Made by a program: the position numbers and the translations under genes. Shown here piece by piece: positions 1 to 13,506 of a stretch of 64,000 nt of DNA (position 1 is the first letter of the stretch; every line of letters starts with the position of its first letter). The DNA is from Stegostoma tigrinum. Taxonomy: Eukaryota. The notes below the pieces were generated by a model. That model was not told the origin of the DNA. It worked only from the letters and a program-made list of their open reading frames with translations, and made no database searches. Where the stretch lies: positions 61,841,516-61,905,515 of the forward strand of contig NC_081355.1 in the NCBI RefSeq assembly GCF_030684315.1, in the 5' to 3' direction.

Positions 1-3000
1 CTCATACATGGAGGAAATTGAGGACAAATAACTGTGAACTTCTCTATCTTCCCCACTTCCTGATGGGCCCTCCCACTGTAAACACTTCATGTTTGTTGGT
101 GGCAGCTGTTCAATTTCTGTGTCAGTTTGCTACTAATCCGGTTTTGCTGGCACATCTGTCCCTCCTTCATCTGCTTGTGTCTTTGTTGCATTGTAGCAAA
201 AGCAACAATCACACCTGCTGTGCCGGGTCTTTCAGTCTCACAATGAACCTATGTCAGGAACATAAAGAACAGAACAGGCTCTTATCAAGGAGAATAGTCA
301 ACTGTCACATCCCTTACAAATAACAGCTTAACATGCTTCTCAATAGAGCAAATAGCATTCTGACAAGGACAGCAATATGTTGCCTCATCTTGATACTTTG
401 ACATAAGACCTTATTTTGTCAAGTGTTTCACCAGTCATCTGACAAATAAATGCAAATAAGTGTCTAAACGCTAGCTGCACATAACCTACAAAAAGCACCA
501 TTACATGTGAGAGAATCTTGCATTATTCTCACAGTTCTGGTGGAGAGGGAATTAGTTCTGAGCCTTGTTGCATCATAGGACATCTCATATTAGCTGTATG
601 CATTGTGGCCCACAGTTCCCTCTTTTAAGGGTATCTGTAATTAGTTCTGCTTCACAGAGATATCTGCCTACAATCTGCAAAGATCAGTGAGATGATCGAC
701 ATTGTCTGTGACCAGCATTTGCACCCCGACTGCTTGTACATTGCAGGTATTTCACATTAGTGATGATATAATTGCAAACAATGCAAATATGTACTCTTCA
801 AAATTCACCATTAATGAAATTGAAAGGCCTCCTGTAACACAGAGATGGAGTGGATGGGCTAAAAGCCCCATTTTGTGAAGAAGGGGTTTACAAATTTGAC
901 AAATGTGAGGCCCCTTCAAAAGGCAACACAATTACTTTGACTTCCATGTGCCAATGCTGAAACACACCTGCAGGCACTACACTCTGAACTTTGAACATTA
1001 GCTTAAGATCACGCATTTACCTCACCAATGCCTATGGCGCATGATAATGATTGTCTACCCCGAAAGTTGAAGCCTAGTTGCAAAAACAGCAGTCACTTTC
1101 TATTTACTCATTGCCTGCACATAGGAGCATTTTTCACTTCACATTGTGAAGCATGAAACACTGCATGGAGCTACGAATGGGTGAGTTCTACACTTCCAAT
1201 ATTTCAGTTGTTCCTGGACAGAGACTCACACACGGATGATGGTGAAAAGAAAGAATATCTTTACATGTGATGGGATATTTACAATGGACTGTCACCTGTG
1301 CCACCTATGTGCTCTCAGGTCTTCTTCCTTTCTCTCTCACTACATCTCAGTACAGTCCCAGGGGCCACAGTTGGAGTAGAGGGAAGGTATCCTAAATTGG
1401 AACCTCTTGCTTTGGAAGTATGGCTGGATGATCTTAGTGGGATTTGTATTGAGAGGGCCCGTACATTCTGATGTATCCTGTCCACAAATGAGTGTACCCT
1501 TCTCTGCTTGACAGGCAGGGTGGAGATGAAAGGCCAGCCATCTCTTCAATGCCTTAAGAAGAGACTTCTGAGGTGGCAGGATTTGATTCCTCCTGCAGCC
1601 AGTTAACTACTGGCACGACCCTGTCCCCTTGTAAGGAAGGGAGTCAGAGTGACATCAAGGTTCCTCATTCCCTGTCACCTTGGCATTGATGCCAAGCACC
1701 AATGGTTAGAGCTTTGGAGTGCAAATCTGTGTGCATACCCAACAGATTCTGAGACTGCTGTACCCAGGTCTCCATTTCATCTAGCAGTCTGTCCATGGAG
1801 GCACTCAGATACAAACATGACTGAAGCAGCATCATGGATACGGCATTGCTGCACACTTGTTTTCATTGCCCAATGCCTCTAACAAACCTGCCTGCTGATC
1901 CTGTGTCTACTTGTATGCATATATGAAGCCCCTAACATCATGGGTTCCTCTCCTTCCAGGGGCAGAGCAAATGTAATATTATGATGCCTAATCTTCTGAG
2001 TGTCAGCAACATGGGGTATCTCTCCTCAGACATTTGCAGAGAAGTATTTAGCAGTATTTGTTCTGGTGACGTAGGGAGTGGGCAGCGGGGAATGGCATGG
2101 CATCCATGCTTTCTTCCTCAAAGGTGGTGGAGTGCAGCCACCTTGACCACAGCCATCATGGAATCCTGCAATTGACAAAGAGGAAATGTCATAAACAAGG
2201 TTGGTGCATGATGTTGTGGATGCTAACATAAAATACACAGTGACAGCATTGGGAGGGTAGCACATCAATAACAATGTATGTCACTTCATTGGCGGGGCAC
2301 AGAGGCTTCCACGACCCCACAATAGCAGCTCGCAGTCTTCACTGCTGACAGCCAAAATTCTCTCCTCATAGGTGCTGTTGTGTGCATGTCAGGCACACTG
2401 CCACCTATCTTGGCCTTTTTGGACCTGCTTTGAGCAATTTACTCCTGGAAAGGAGATGTGAGGATTTGAGTAATCTAAGTGGGTTCCATTTGAAATTGAT
2501 GTTAAAGACTCTCTTTGTCACTCTCTCCATATTGTATATCACTGCATAGCTACTTCGAATTGGTCCATCTGTCTGATACTATATTTGTGATACCTGTTAA
2601 TGTTAAGTACATAACGGTTAGATAAAGTATATTTATGTTAGAGCTGAATCCATATTAACAGTGATTGCTGCTGTGTAGTTGATAGGGATGTAGTGAATTA
2701 AGCAGTGGCTGAGACAAGTGGTGTGATTAGCAAAAATGCCATCTGAAGATGAACTCATTCAGCTTGAAAGCTTTTATAAGATCATTAAAGTTCTTCCTAC
2801 AATGGATCCATATCACTAACATTTGCTGCTTTTGCACTGGCTCCTAAGCACATGTCCGGAGAACTTCTTGCCATCAATCCTTTACCTGAGACTGCAAAAC
2901 ATCTCTCCTTCATTCCAGCTCTTCCACCAAGGCCTCTGCACCATTATGAGAAACTTTTAGCGTATTTATCTATAATTGTCAGAAATTATTAATCCTACAC

Positions 3001-3519
3001 AGATACATGACTGCCCTAATCCAACTATAATACTTTTATGATCTGTGTTGAGGCTGTTTTAAAATGGTGTTGGACTCTTGCAAAATCCAGCCCACTGATG
3101 ATTTGTGCAGTCAGGAAGCAATGTGAATTATATAGGCATAGAAGTAAATGATTCATGTGACCAGTTTGTTTTATCATTAATGGTTGATCTGTAACCGATC
3201 TCTACATAACAGTCTGTGCCCTTCATGCCTAAATATCTTTAGGTAACCAAAAATCAACAGCCTCAGTTTTAGAACTAAGAATTAATGAAGGATTAATTGC
3301 TGTCCGTAGAAGAGAATTTTGAACTTTTACCATATTTTAGATGCAGCAGTGTTTCTTAATTTCTCTTCTGAAAGGCTTGACTCTAATAGCTTAAAAGAAA
3401 TCCCTTAGAAAAGGCGGTTTCATTTCACAATTTTAAATGAAGTAATAAAATTACAACTGCTGTAATTATAATCTTCTAAAGTTCTTTCAACCTAGCACTT
3501 TTCTTTTAAATTGGAAATT

Positions 3520-4080
3520 TATGCATGTCATTCCGCTTTTTGAGAAAGCTGACATAGAGAAACTTGTGAGCTATAAACCAGTTGGCCTAACATTTATTGT
3601 AGGAATATTACTAGAGTCCATAACCAAATGTAGGATGACTAAATACCTTGCAAACATTAAAATATTCAGAGAAAACCACATGGATTTATAAAGGGAAGGT
3701 CTCACCTGTGAAGTCTGATTGAAATTTTTAATGAGTGACTGAAGTGATGGGTAGGATAAAGTCTGAATGTTATTGAAGTGGACTTCCAGAAGAACATTTG
3801 ATGACTACTCTCATTGGAGATTGCTAGTCAAATTTGAAACTCATGAAATTCAGTGAAAAAAATTGACTTGTTTTGGAAATTGGCTATATGGCAGGAGACA
3901 GAGAGTAGGGATAATGAGTAGCTGTACTCTGATTTGCAGAACGTGACTAGTGGTGTCCTGAATGTACCACATTTAACAAAAGCTTAGATGTTGAGATGGA
4001 AAGTCATGTATTCAAATTTGCTGACAACTCAAAGATAGGTAGTAAGCTGTTACAGATGGAAACAAAATTACAAAGACTAA
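3520..4080 (+). mobile_element. Degenerate CR1 LINE ORF2 (RT region) fragment
   Basis: Decayed CR1 RT landmarks in order: tataaaccagttggcctaaca (~YRPVSLT), ggatttataaagggaagg (~GFMKGR), gacttccagaag (DFQK), aaatttgctgacaactcaaag (~KFADDTK); many stops and indels. Confidence 0.75.
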
Positions 4081-4678
4081 TCATTTTAATATATTTTCTC
4101 CTGGGTTTTGTTCTCAATTAAAGTGGCCACTCAACAAGTGTCCATGTTCTGGATTGAATGACACCTATCAGCAAGGCTTTACCCATTGCTCATCCTGTGT
4201 AAAGTTTTCAATTACATAAAGGCCAAACTCTTTTTTGAAGTTATCTATACCTGGTATTCATTCACAGATATTATTTTGATTTCCATGATCTGAAAAGTCA
4301 GGACATCAGTCTATGTCTTTTTGATAATTCATACCCATTGGAAAGTCCTCTGGGGAGGCTCCCCTTCAAACAGGAAGGTCTTCTTGTCACTCTACTAGTG
4401 GAAAGTGTTTCAAGTGATATTTTTGCCATGTGATGTTATGTGTTTCAAAAACAATGATGGTCTTAACATAGTTCATGGTTTACACTATGCTAATTAAATC
4501 ATTTTCCTCGGAGCCAAAGTTCATATACTCTCCAATGTTGGGAGACAGTATTGCAAATTTTGTACCCTAAACCACTACAATGACAACTCCCTAACAAGTT
4601 ATAAAATTTTACATTCTTACTTTTTTTAATCAAAGAGGTTACAGTGTCCTTTTATAACTTCTGTTACACATCACAAAG

Positions 4679-5660
4679 ATGACCGCAGGGTCAGTGCTGG
4701 GACCTTTGTTATTTGTTATTTACATAAATGATCTGGATATGAATGTACAGGGAAAAATTAATAAGTTTGCAGATGATGCAAAATTAGGAGGTATCGTTAA
4801 TGGTGAAGAAGGTTATCAAAAATTACAGAAGGATCTTGATCAATTCGGAACTGAGGACTAGCAAATGCAATTCAATACAGATAAGTGTGAAGTGTTGCAT
4901 TTTGGAAAGTCAAACCAAGATAGACAGTAAATGGTAAAGTCCTGAGGAGTGTTGTGGGACCTAGGAATACAAGTATATAGTTAGATGAAAGCAGCATCAC
5001 AGGTAAACAGGGCAGTGTAGAAGACATATAGTGTGCTGGCCTTCATTGGATGAGGCATTGTGAATGGGAATTTGGATGTTATGTTACAGTTGTATAAGTT
5101 GTTGGTGAAGCCACATTTGGAGCATTCTGTATAGTTTTGGTCACCCTGTTGTAGGAAATACAAAGTTAAACAGTAAAGTGTCCAAACAAGATTTACGAGG
5201 TTGTTGCCAGGACTAGTAGGCCTGAGTTATAGGGAGAGGTTGGCCAGGATAGAACTTTATTCCTTGGAATGTAAGAGAATGAGGGGTGACCTTATTGAGG
5301 TGTTTAAAATCATGAGGGGCATAGATAGGATGAATGCATCTAGTCTTTTTCCCAGGAGTGTGGAATTGAAAACTAGAGGGCATGGGTTTGAGAAGAGATG
5401 GCAAAAATTTAAGAAGGATCTGAGAGGCAACTTCTTCACACAGAGAGTAGTGCACATATGGAATGGGCTGTTGGAGAAAGCGGTTGAGTCAGGCACAATA
5501 GCAACTTTAAAAAAAAATTGGATAGGTGCATGGATGGGAAGGGTTTAGAGGGGTGTGGACCAAATGCAGGCAATTGGGACTAGCTGAGTGGACACCATCA
5601 GCATGGACCAGTTTTGGCCGAAGGGCCTGTTTCTCTGCTGTATTACTCTATGACTCTAAA
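4679..5660 (+). mobile_element. 5'-truncated CR1 LINE (RT C-terminus plus 3' tail)
   Basis: ORFs give GSVLGPLLFVIYINDLD..KFADDAKLGG and RMRGDLIEVFKIMRG..FFTQRVVHIWNGL; ends in a CR1-type microsatellite tail (actctatgactcta). Confidence 0.93.
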
Positions 5661-5959
5661 TCAGCCCTTGTGTTCCTTTGGACTATGAATATCTCAGAAG
5701 GAATGTTGTACCTTTAATCATAAGTTCTTTCCTCCTCCATCAAATGATTTTCTATTGTGGTGACCATTTTCTAAGTGGCTGCAGCTCTCCTCCAACCCAT
5801 GACTTGATGTCTACAATTAGAATTAAAGTTTGTTTGATCTGGTTCATGAGACCTATCCCTACGATCCTCACCAGGTGGTCTGTCTTGGACCTCAGCCATT
5901 ACTGATTCAGTATATCAAGTCATACATCTGTTTCCCCATCTCAGAAGTCCAAATCTGAA

Positions 5960-6420
5960 ACTATCAAGGTCTCACTAAGATTTTAATACAGTGATAGTGG
6001 GGGCAAAAAGATTGCTTCAGTTTTTGGGGGGAGAACCTGATTTCTAGTGGGGAAATAATTAAGCCAGTCTTGAGGGAGGGGGTGGAGTGAAAATGAAAGA
6101 ATAGAGATTGGTCAGATGAAAAGTGGGACTCATTTAGACACCCCATAGCAGCTATCACCAGCTGGTTTTCCAAATGGAGAAATATGCTGACTATGGTAAT
6201 GTCTCCCACAGCACCAGAAGGATGTGAGATGTCATGGTCAAAACAAGGCACAGCAGATCCTTGCTTAATAGATGCTGACTTGGATCTAATGCTGGAAGCC
6301 ATAGGGCAGAACAGCTGGGTTCTCTTCTGGAGGGAGGTATTGTTGAAATTTCGAACTAATTGAATCTTGACAGAGTGAAAGTCCATCCTAGTAAAGGATC
6401 TCAGTGATCTGTTGCTGGGT
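5960..6420 (-). mobile_element. Very old LINE (L2/CR1 group) RT-region remnant
   Basis: ORF 5964..6386 has MDFHSVKIQLVRN (~F..FF..KI..IR) and QSLFFHFHSTPSL (~QSGFR..HSTETAL); weak, motif-level similarity only. Confidence 0.4.
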
Positions 6421-6976
6421 ACCTTTATGATGCCATGGATGCAATCAACAGTAGACTGAACCCGGGAAAATCAAATGATGGAAACAAAATTCATGCCCTT
6501 TATCTCTGTGAGTCTGTGTCTGTGCCCTGATAAATCAGTGACAGTGAGATGCAATAGATGCAGCAACTTTTCAGATGCAACCAAAGGACAAAGCTGATCC
6601 TTTTAAAGGAGCCTGACATGTCCTTAGCAAACTCTTCCCTTTCTCGTCAACCCTGATCAAAGGTGGGGCAATGAGTACCCATACTAAATCATAAGTCTCA
6701 TTTTGCTCTGTTGACCTTCTTACGGAGCAGGGGATGGCTTGCGGGACATTACCACCTGCATTCAAGTAAACTGTTGTTGAAGGTTCAGGTAATCCGTCTG
6801 TGAAAACTGGAAGTGCAACCTGTCAGTGAAATTTTAAATTAACTTAATTGGTCTGAATTGGAAAGGAAGTAGGATTCCTACCTTTCCCTTCCCCATCACA
6901 GCTCAATTTTGCAGAGATAGCACTGTGTGGAGCTGGAGGAACACAGCAGGCCAGGCAGCATCAGAGGAGTAGGAGA

Positions 6977-7010
6977 GTTGACGTTTCAGGTCGGGACCCT
7001 TCTTCAGAAA
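6977..7010 (-). ncRNA. Minimal hammerhead ribozyme motif (PLE family A variant)
   Basis: Minus strand reads CUGAAGA-A-GGGUCCCGACCU-GAAAC-GUC^AAC; core intact, stem I only about 2 bp. Confidence 0.6.
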
Positions 7011-7034
7011 TGGGGGAGGGAGAAGGGAGCTCAA

Positions 7035-7348
7035 GCGGCACGGTGGCTCAGTGGTTAGCACTGCAGCCTCACAGCGCCAGGGACCTGGGTTCGATTCCCA
7101 CCTCGGGCGACTGTCTGTGTGGAGTTTGCACATTCTCCCCGTGTCTGCGTGGGTTTCCTTCAGGTGCTCCAGTTTCCTCCCACAGTCCAAAGATGTGCAG
7201 TTTAGGTGGATTGGCCGTGCTAAATTGCCCGTAGTGTTCAGGGGTGTGTGGGTTATAGGGGGATGGGTGTGGGTGGGATGCTTCAAGGGGCGGTGTGGAT
7301 TTGTTGGGCCAAAGGGCCTGTTTCCCCACTGTAGGGAATCTAATCAAA
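7035..7348 (+). mobile_element. HE1-type tRNA-derived V-SINE, full length
   Basis: A box (tggctcagtgg), B box (ggttcgattcc), V-domain (gtgtggagtttgcacattctccccgtgtctgcgtgggtttcc) and CR1-like tail (aagggcctgtttcc). Confidence 0.93.
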
Positions 7349-7885
7349 TATATAGACAGAGGAGGGATGAAGCTGGGGAAGGTAGGTGGTATGGTGATAG
7401 ATGAGTGCAGGTAGGGAGTGGTAGGAGTTGGTTAGTGAGGTGGGAGGCACAGATAGGTGGGAGAGAAGATGCGCAGGTTGTGTCTGGGCAGGTTGTGTCA
7501 GGTCAAGGAGGCAGGAATGAGAGGGAGGGTTGAGGCCAGGGGTGGGGAGACTTTGAAACTGGTAAAGTCCACATTTCGGTCATTGGGCTGTGGGATCCCA
7601 AGGCAGAATATGAGGTGCTGCCCCTCCAGTTTCTGGGTGGCGTCATTGTGACACTGGAGGAGACCCAGGATGGACATGTCACCCAGGGAGTGGGAGAGGG
7701 AGTTGAAATGGTTCGCGACTGGAAGGTGTTGTCATTTGACACGAACAGAGCGCGGGTGCTCTACAAAGCAGTCTCCGAGCCTCTGCTTTGTCTCACCAAT
7801 GTAGAGGAGGCCACTTCGGCAGCAGCAGATACAACGGAACACATTGAGAGATGCGCAGGTGAACATCTGTCTGGTGGGAAGGTGC

Positions 7886-8290
7886 TGTCTCGTGCTCCCA
7901 TGAGGAGCTTGAACAGTTAATCAATTTTACTAAACACTTTACCCCAAACTCAAGTTCACCTGGACCATCTCTGATACCTCTCTCTCTTTCCTGGATCTCT
8001 CTATCTCCATCTCTGATGACCGCCTTGAAACCGACATTTATTTCAAGCCCACTGACTCCCACAGCTACCTAGACTTTACCTCCTCTCACCCACCTTTCTA
8101 CAAAAATGTGATCCCCTACTCCTAATTCCTTCACCTCCGCCATGTCTGTTCCCAAGATGTGGTGTACCACTCCCGAACATCTCAGCTGTCCTGTTATTTC
8201 AAGGGCTGCAACTTCTCCCCTTTGGTGATTGAAAATGCTCTTGACTGCATCTTTTGCATTTTCTGCACCTCTGCCCTCACATGCCCTCCT
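7886..8290 (+). mobile_element. Penelope-like element RT C-terminal fragment
   Basis: Plus-strand translation around 7987-8092 gives FLDLSISISDDRLETDIYFKPTDSHSYLDFTSSHP, the typical PLE RT FLD..T.IY.KPTD...YL...S.HP block. Confidence 0.85.
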
Positions 8291-8294
8291 CCCA

Positions 8295-8965
8295 ACAGCT
8301 CATTCCACACATGCACCACTCTCTGCATGATAAAGTTGCCCCTTAGGTCTCTTTAAATCTTTTCCCTCTCACGTTAAATAGATGCTGTCTAATTTTGGAC
8401 TCTCCCACCCTGGGGAAAAGGCCTTGCTTATTTACTCTATCCATGCCCCTCATGATTTTATAATCCTCTATAATGTCACCCCTCAGCCCCCGACACTCCA
8501 GGGAAAGTAGCCCCAGCCTATTCAGCATCTCCCTCTAAGTCAAACCCAGAACGCTGGCAACATCCTTATAAACCCTTTCAAGTTTCACAACATCTTTTCT
8601 TCCTACAGCAGGGACACCAGAATGGCATGCAGTATTCTGAAAGTAGCCTAACCAATGTTTTGTACAGCCACAACATGACGCCCCAACCACTATATTCAAT
8701 GTACTGACCAATAAAAGCAAACTTTCCAAATGCCTTCTTCACTATCCTATCTAGCTGTGACTCCACTTTTAAGGAACTATGAACCTGTACTTCGAGGTGT
8801 CTTTGTTCAGCAACTCTTCCCAGGACTTTACCATTAAATGTACAAGTCCTGCTCTGATTTCCCTTTCCAAAATGCAACACTTCACATTTATCCAAATTTA
8901 TCTAATGAGCCACTCCTTGGCGCATTAGCCCATCTGATCATGATCCCATTGTACCCTGAGGTAAC
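8295..8965 (-). mobile_element. CR1 LINE ORF2 C-terminal fragment
   Basis: ORFs: DKCEVLHFGK..LYKTLVRLLSEYC..FWCP and RLGLLSLECRGLRGDIIEDYKIMRG. Confidence 0.9.
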
Positions 8966-11229
8966 CTGCATCCAAGCATTTTGTATTACATTTTAAAGTT
9001 GCACCCAATCAAAGATACTGCACTTCCAGAAGCCCAAGGCTTTAATATTGTCGGTCTCCCATACTCCATGTGAAGTGACAGAACACTAAAATATCAGAAC
9101 TATAGTCAGCTACATTCTTGTAACAACTCTCCATTAAAAAACTATATTGACCTACAGTACAAATTATTTGTTGAGTTCCTAATAAAATTAGCACTAATAA
9201 ATCGGTGTCGCTACATTTGACACTTAATCAATATTAATTGTATTCACAAGGCACTAATGCCTATGTGAAAGATCCCTCACTCTGATCAGTCACCTATTTT
9301 GGTTGCATTGTTATGCTAAAATGACAAGCATAGCTCTGATCCCTCCATATATGTAATGAAGGTGAATTGATGCCAGAATCATTACTGGTCAGCATTCCTG
9401 AACATGCATAGCGCAGTTAAATCAGTAAAAGAGGCCAGGTTAAAATCAGGTAGGAGCACATTCAAAATCAAAATGAGTTATATGATTAAAATAACAACAG
9501 TGCTAACTAATATGATGCTCTATCCATTTTATAAAAGAATAAGTTTTATGAGCTGATGTAACTGGATATCAATTAACAGATGTTACAACATGGAAAAGAA
9601 ACAGCATCAGTACATAGAATAAACCAAAAATAGACTTAATTTTAAAGTGTTCTGACATTTTTTAATCACAGAAAATTGTACATACCCCTGCTTTCACTTG
9701 TTAACATATCATTTCGACCAATTAATGGTGAAGATTCCTGTGCATCTACTTGAAGTTTCCTGAGCATAAAAAACACTAATATTGAACTTTATTGTTTTAA
9801 AGGAAGTTTAAATTACAAATATAAAGAGAAATTAAACATAACTTTTAATACTGATTCACAGTTTAAGCTCAAATCATCCAGCCATGTAATCCCATGTTGT
9901 TGTTTTAGTGTAAATTGGTATAAAATTATTGTCTTTATTCAAGATCATTCTGGAAAGCATGGCATGATAGCAGCTAAATTGTGCTTTGTTGGTGCATTAG
10001 AAATAGTTTTTTTTCAAATACTTTGTACTCAAAAACAACAATTAACACTGTGCTTAATAGCCAAAATATTGCAAAAAATTTTATGGATTCCAAGATTATC
10101 TTACAGATTTCAGGAATTAAAGATTAATCTTCTGGGCACACTAACAATCAACCCAGGAGAAAATTGTATTTCTTTTTAGACAATTCTTGACTATTTTCAC
10201 TTATTAGTTGTAAAATATTGCATATTAAAAGAATTACAGGAAAGTTAGACACAGCTGGTCATGTGATGAAAAATGATGTGATAAAATATTCAGGACTATG
10301 TCCAACCAAAGTTGGCATGGCTGGATTTAACAAGGCAAGTTTAAAACACAGGTGCAATGTACAAGTCAGTGACGGCATCTTAAGTTAAAAGTATGTGGAT
10401 TAAAATAAGATATCAAGCAGAGCACACTCTTTTCAAAAACATATTTATAATTGACACTGTCCTGAGACCTGAATAACCAGAGACCATGCCACCTCACGAT
10501 GAAACAACCTAACCAGTCCCACTTTCCCAAGCAATGTCTATAATCCTGTAAGTTACTTGCCAGCAGGCATACATTTTTTTGAAATCATTGATTATTTCTA
10601 ATCCCTCCACCCTTGTGGGAACTAAGTTCCAAGTCATTATTATTCACTGTATAAAATTATCTACCTTTGCTCAAAATCTTAAATATGTTTCCTGGGCCCT
10701 TTACAATTAATGAATGAACAATTTCCTTGTGTTCCTTATAACCTGTAATATCTTCATTAAATCTTTCTTCAATCTCCTCTGCTCCAAGAGCATCTTTTCA
10801 ATCTAATCTCCAAAACATCCCAATCCTAGATACAGTTTGGCAAATCTCCTAGGTACCCATTCAAAGACTTTCACATCTTTCCCAAAGTACAGTGGCTATA
10901 ACTGGAAGCAATACAACTGATGAATCATTAGCACTATGCTGAGTAACTAAATGTTGCAAAGAATTTTATGGGTTCCAGGATTTTCTTCCAGACTCCAAAA
11001 TTTGAAGATTAATCTTCTGGCATAGCTGAAAGCAATCCAGGGGAAAATGCCTTTGTAAACTTACATTTTACAAAATTATAACAATATTCAGGATAGGAAC
11101 AAACAGTTGCTTGATTGGTAGGAAAGGTGAGAGACTAGTCGGGGTTTTATAAAGTTTGAACATAGTGTCTATGTTTTTGTGCACAATGTTTCCATTCAGG
11201 AAACCCAAAATCCCATATGTTCTGCTCAC

Positions 11230-13500
11230 AAAAGAACATGAAATAAAAGCAGAGTAGGACAGTCAGGCCTTCAAGCCTGTCCCTTAATTCAATAAGAAAA
11301 TGGGCTGATCTGACCCAGGCCTCAACTTCACTTCCATGCCAGCTCATCATAGCCCTCAACTCTCCAATGCTTGAGTAGAGAATTCCAGGCTTTTGAGAGC
11401 CTCTCAGGTGAGAATTTCCTTTACATCTCAGTTTTAAATGAGTATTGCCTTATTCTGTAGCTATGCCGTCCAGTTCAAGATTACCCCACTAATTGAACTG
11501 AATGAGATTGTTCATTTAATTTAAGTAACTTAAACTTTTATTCAAGTTGAAGCCACTGATTTAAGATCTGTGTTACTCTCCCTCAAACTGAATTTGAAAT
11601 TCTGCCACATTGTGATCATTATCTACTACAAGATCTCTTATTAATCCTATCTCATTACAAATTACCAGATTTAAAATAGCCTGTTCTTGGATAGGTTCGG
11701 CAAGTACTACTCTAAGAAACAATTCCTAATATATTCTACAAATTTGTCTTTCTTGTTACTGTTGTCCATTTGATTTATCCAGTCAAGCATGGCATAGATG
11801 GAAAATTGGAAGAAATGGTCAGTCCGTCAGGGAGTGGTCAGAATTTGAACTGGGTTTTGGATTGTGTTTTGGGTGAAAGGAATTTGGCTGTTGATGTTAC
11901 AGCATGAAGAGTTGAAAGCTTTCTGCCTAATCTCCCATAAGCAGTCCTTGGAAGCTCAGAAAATAGAAAATTAAGTATTACGCAGCATGAGATATCCTCA
12001 AAAAACCTTGTCAAACATGATTTCCCTTCACAAATGTGTTGACTCTACCTGTGTTGCATTTTTCTAAATGTCCTGTTATTTTTTTCCATAATAATATACT
12101 CCAGCAATTTCTTTACAACAGATAATAGGCCAAATGGCCTATAGTTTCCTGCCTTATGTCTCCATCCCTTCTTAAACAGGGACGTCACACTGGTGATCTT
12201 CAATTCCTCTGGAACTTCACAGGTTCTGGTGAGGTCTGGAATATTTCAGCTAATACCTCCACCATCACTGTTGACACTGCTTTTAAAAACCCTGGTTTTA
12301 CAACATCTGGCAAATTGTCAACCTTTTATCCCATTAGTTCATCACATAAGGTGTTCCTTATGATAAAAAAAACTGTTATAAGATCTTTCCTTTCATTAGC
12401 ACCTTGTTTGTCTGTTATTTTTTAGGATGTTTACAGTGTCCTCCACATTGAAGGCTGATGCAAAGTATTGCTTTAATTTACCTGCCAGTTCCCTGTCTAT
12501 TGTTACTAGTTCCTTAGTTAATTCCTTCAGAGGTTCCATACTTACTTTAGCGCTCTCTTTGTATATTCCGATGGAAACTTTTGATATATGTCGTTATACG
12601 TCTAGCCAATTTACTTTCATAATCAATTTTCTCCTTTTTAGCTCGAGTCTTTTCCTGCTGATTCATGAAAAATTCCCAATGCCTAGGCCTAGCACTGGCT
12701 TTTCACAATTTATATGCCTTACTTTTTAGCTGGATATTCTCCTTGGCTGTCTTTTTAAAATATCAATGCTGCATTCTTTTCATAGAAATTTTTCTTTGAC
12801 CAGAATATAATTTTGATGAATGTGATGAAATATCTGCTTAAATGTCTACCACTGCTCATTTGGTGACTTTCCCAACCCATTTTGGACAACTCTTCATAAT
12901 GCTTAAATAAAGTTGAGGACAATGATTTAAGACCTGAGTTATTCTCCCTCAAATTGAATTTTAAATTCTATAATGTTGTGATCGTTACCCACTATGAGAT
13001 CTCGTATTAATCATATCTCATTACAAATTACCGGATATAAAATATCTTGTTCTTGGGTAGGTCCTGCAATGTACTTCTCTAAGAAGCAATCCCTAATACA
13101 GTCTACAAATTTGTCTTTCATGTTACTTTTGTCCATTTAATTTGTCCAGTCAATGTGCAGATTACTACCATCTGTAACATGCCTCCATTATTTCCTGATG
13201 TATATTTTGTCCTACGGTAATGCAACTCTTCATTGGCCTATATAGGACATCATTCCAAGACCTCTTTCCCTTACATATTTCCATACAAACTTTCTACCAT
13301 CATGATTTATTGCATCTATATCAGTGCTGTTTGCTGTATTGATACCATTTTTTATTAACAAAGCTACTTCCTTTTCCTTTCGTCTATTCTTACAGAACAC
13401 TGGATACCCTTGAATACTGAGTTCCTAGACTTGCTCTGCAATCACTTCTCCATTGTAGCTATCAGTTATATTTTTTGCTTCTATTTATGGCATCAACTTA
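11230..13500 (-). mobile_element. Cluster of old CR1 LINE fragments (3' end, RT and endonuclease pieces)
   Basis: Decayed matches to the CR1 copy at 52337-55100 (e.g. ggcctatagtttcct, ttgtccagtcaatgtgcagatt, gataccccttgaatac); 11540-11790 and 12920-13150 are parallel copies of one CR1 region. Confidence 0.65.
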
Positions 13501-13506
13501 TCTAAC

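Larger units (their letters stand above)
6914..7885 (-). mobile_element. Penelope-like element family A: pseudo-LTR, 3' region and GIY-YIG fragment, interrupted by an HE1 SINE
   Basis: 6914-7010 is homologous to the pLTRs at 14786/38788; 7350-7885 is homologous to the GIY-YIG-coding copy at 35520-36150. Confidence 0.85.

Noticed and set aside
18-2274. Short ORFs as host exons
   Set aside because: No recognisable domains or consistent splice pattern; the same holds for the other 60-100 aa ORFs outside repeats.
7035-7110. tRNA gene (also at 57980-58051 and 50086-50175)
   Set aside because: The A and B boxes are SINE heads and run directly into SINE body and tail.
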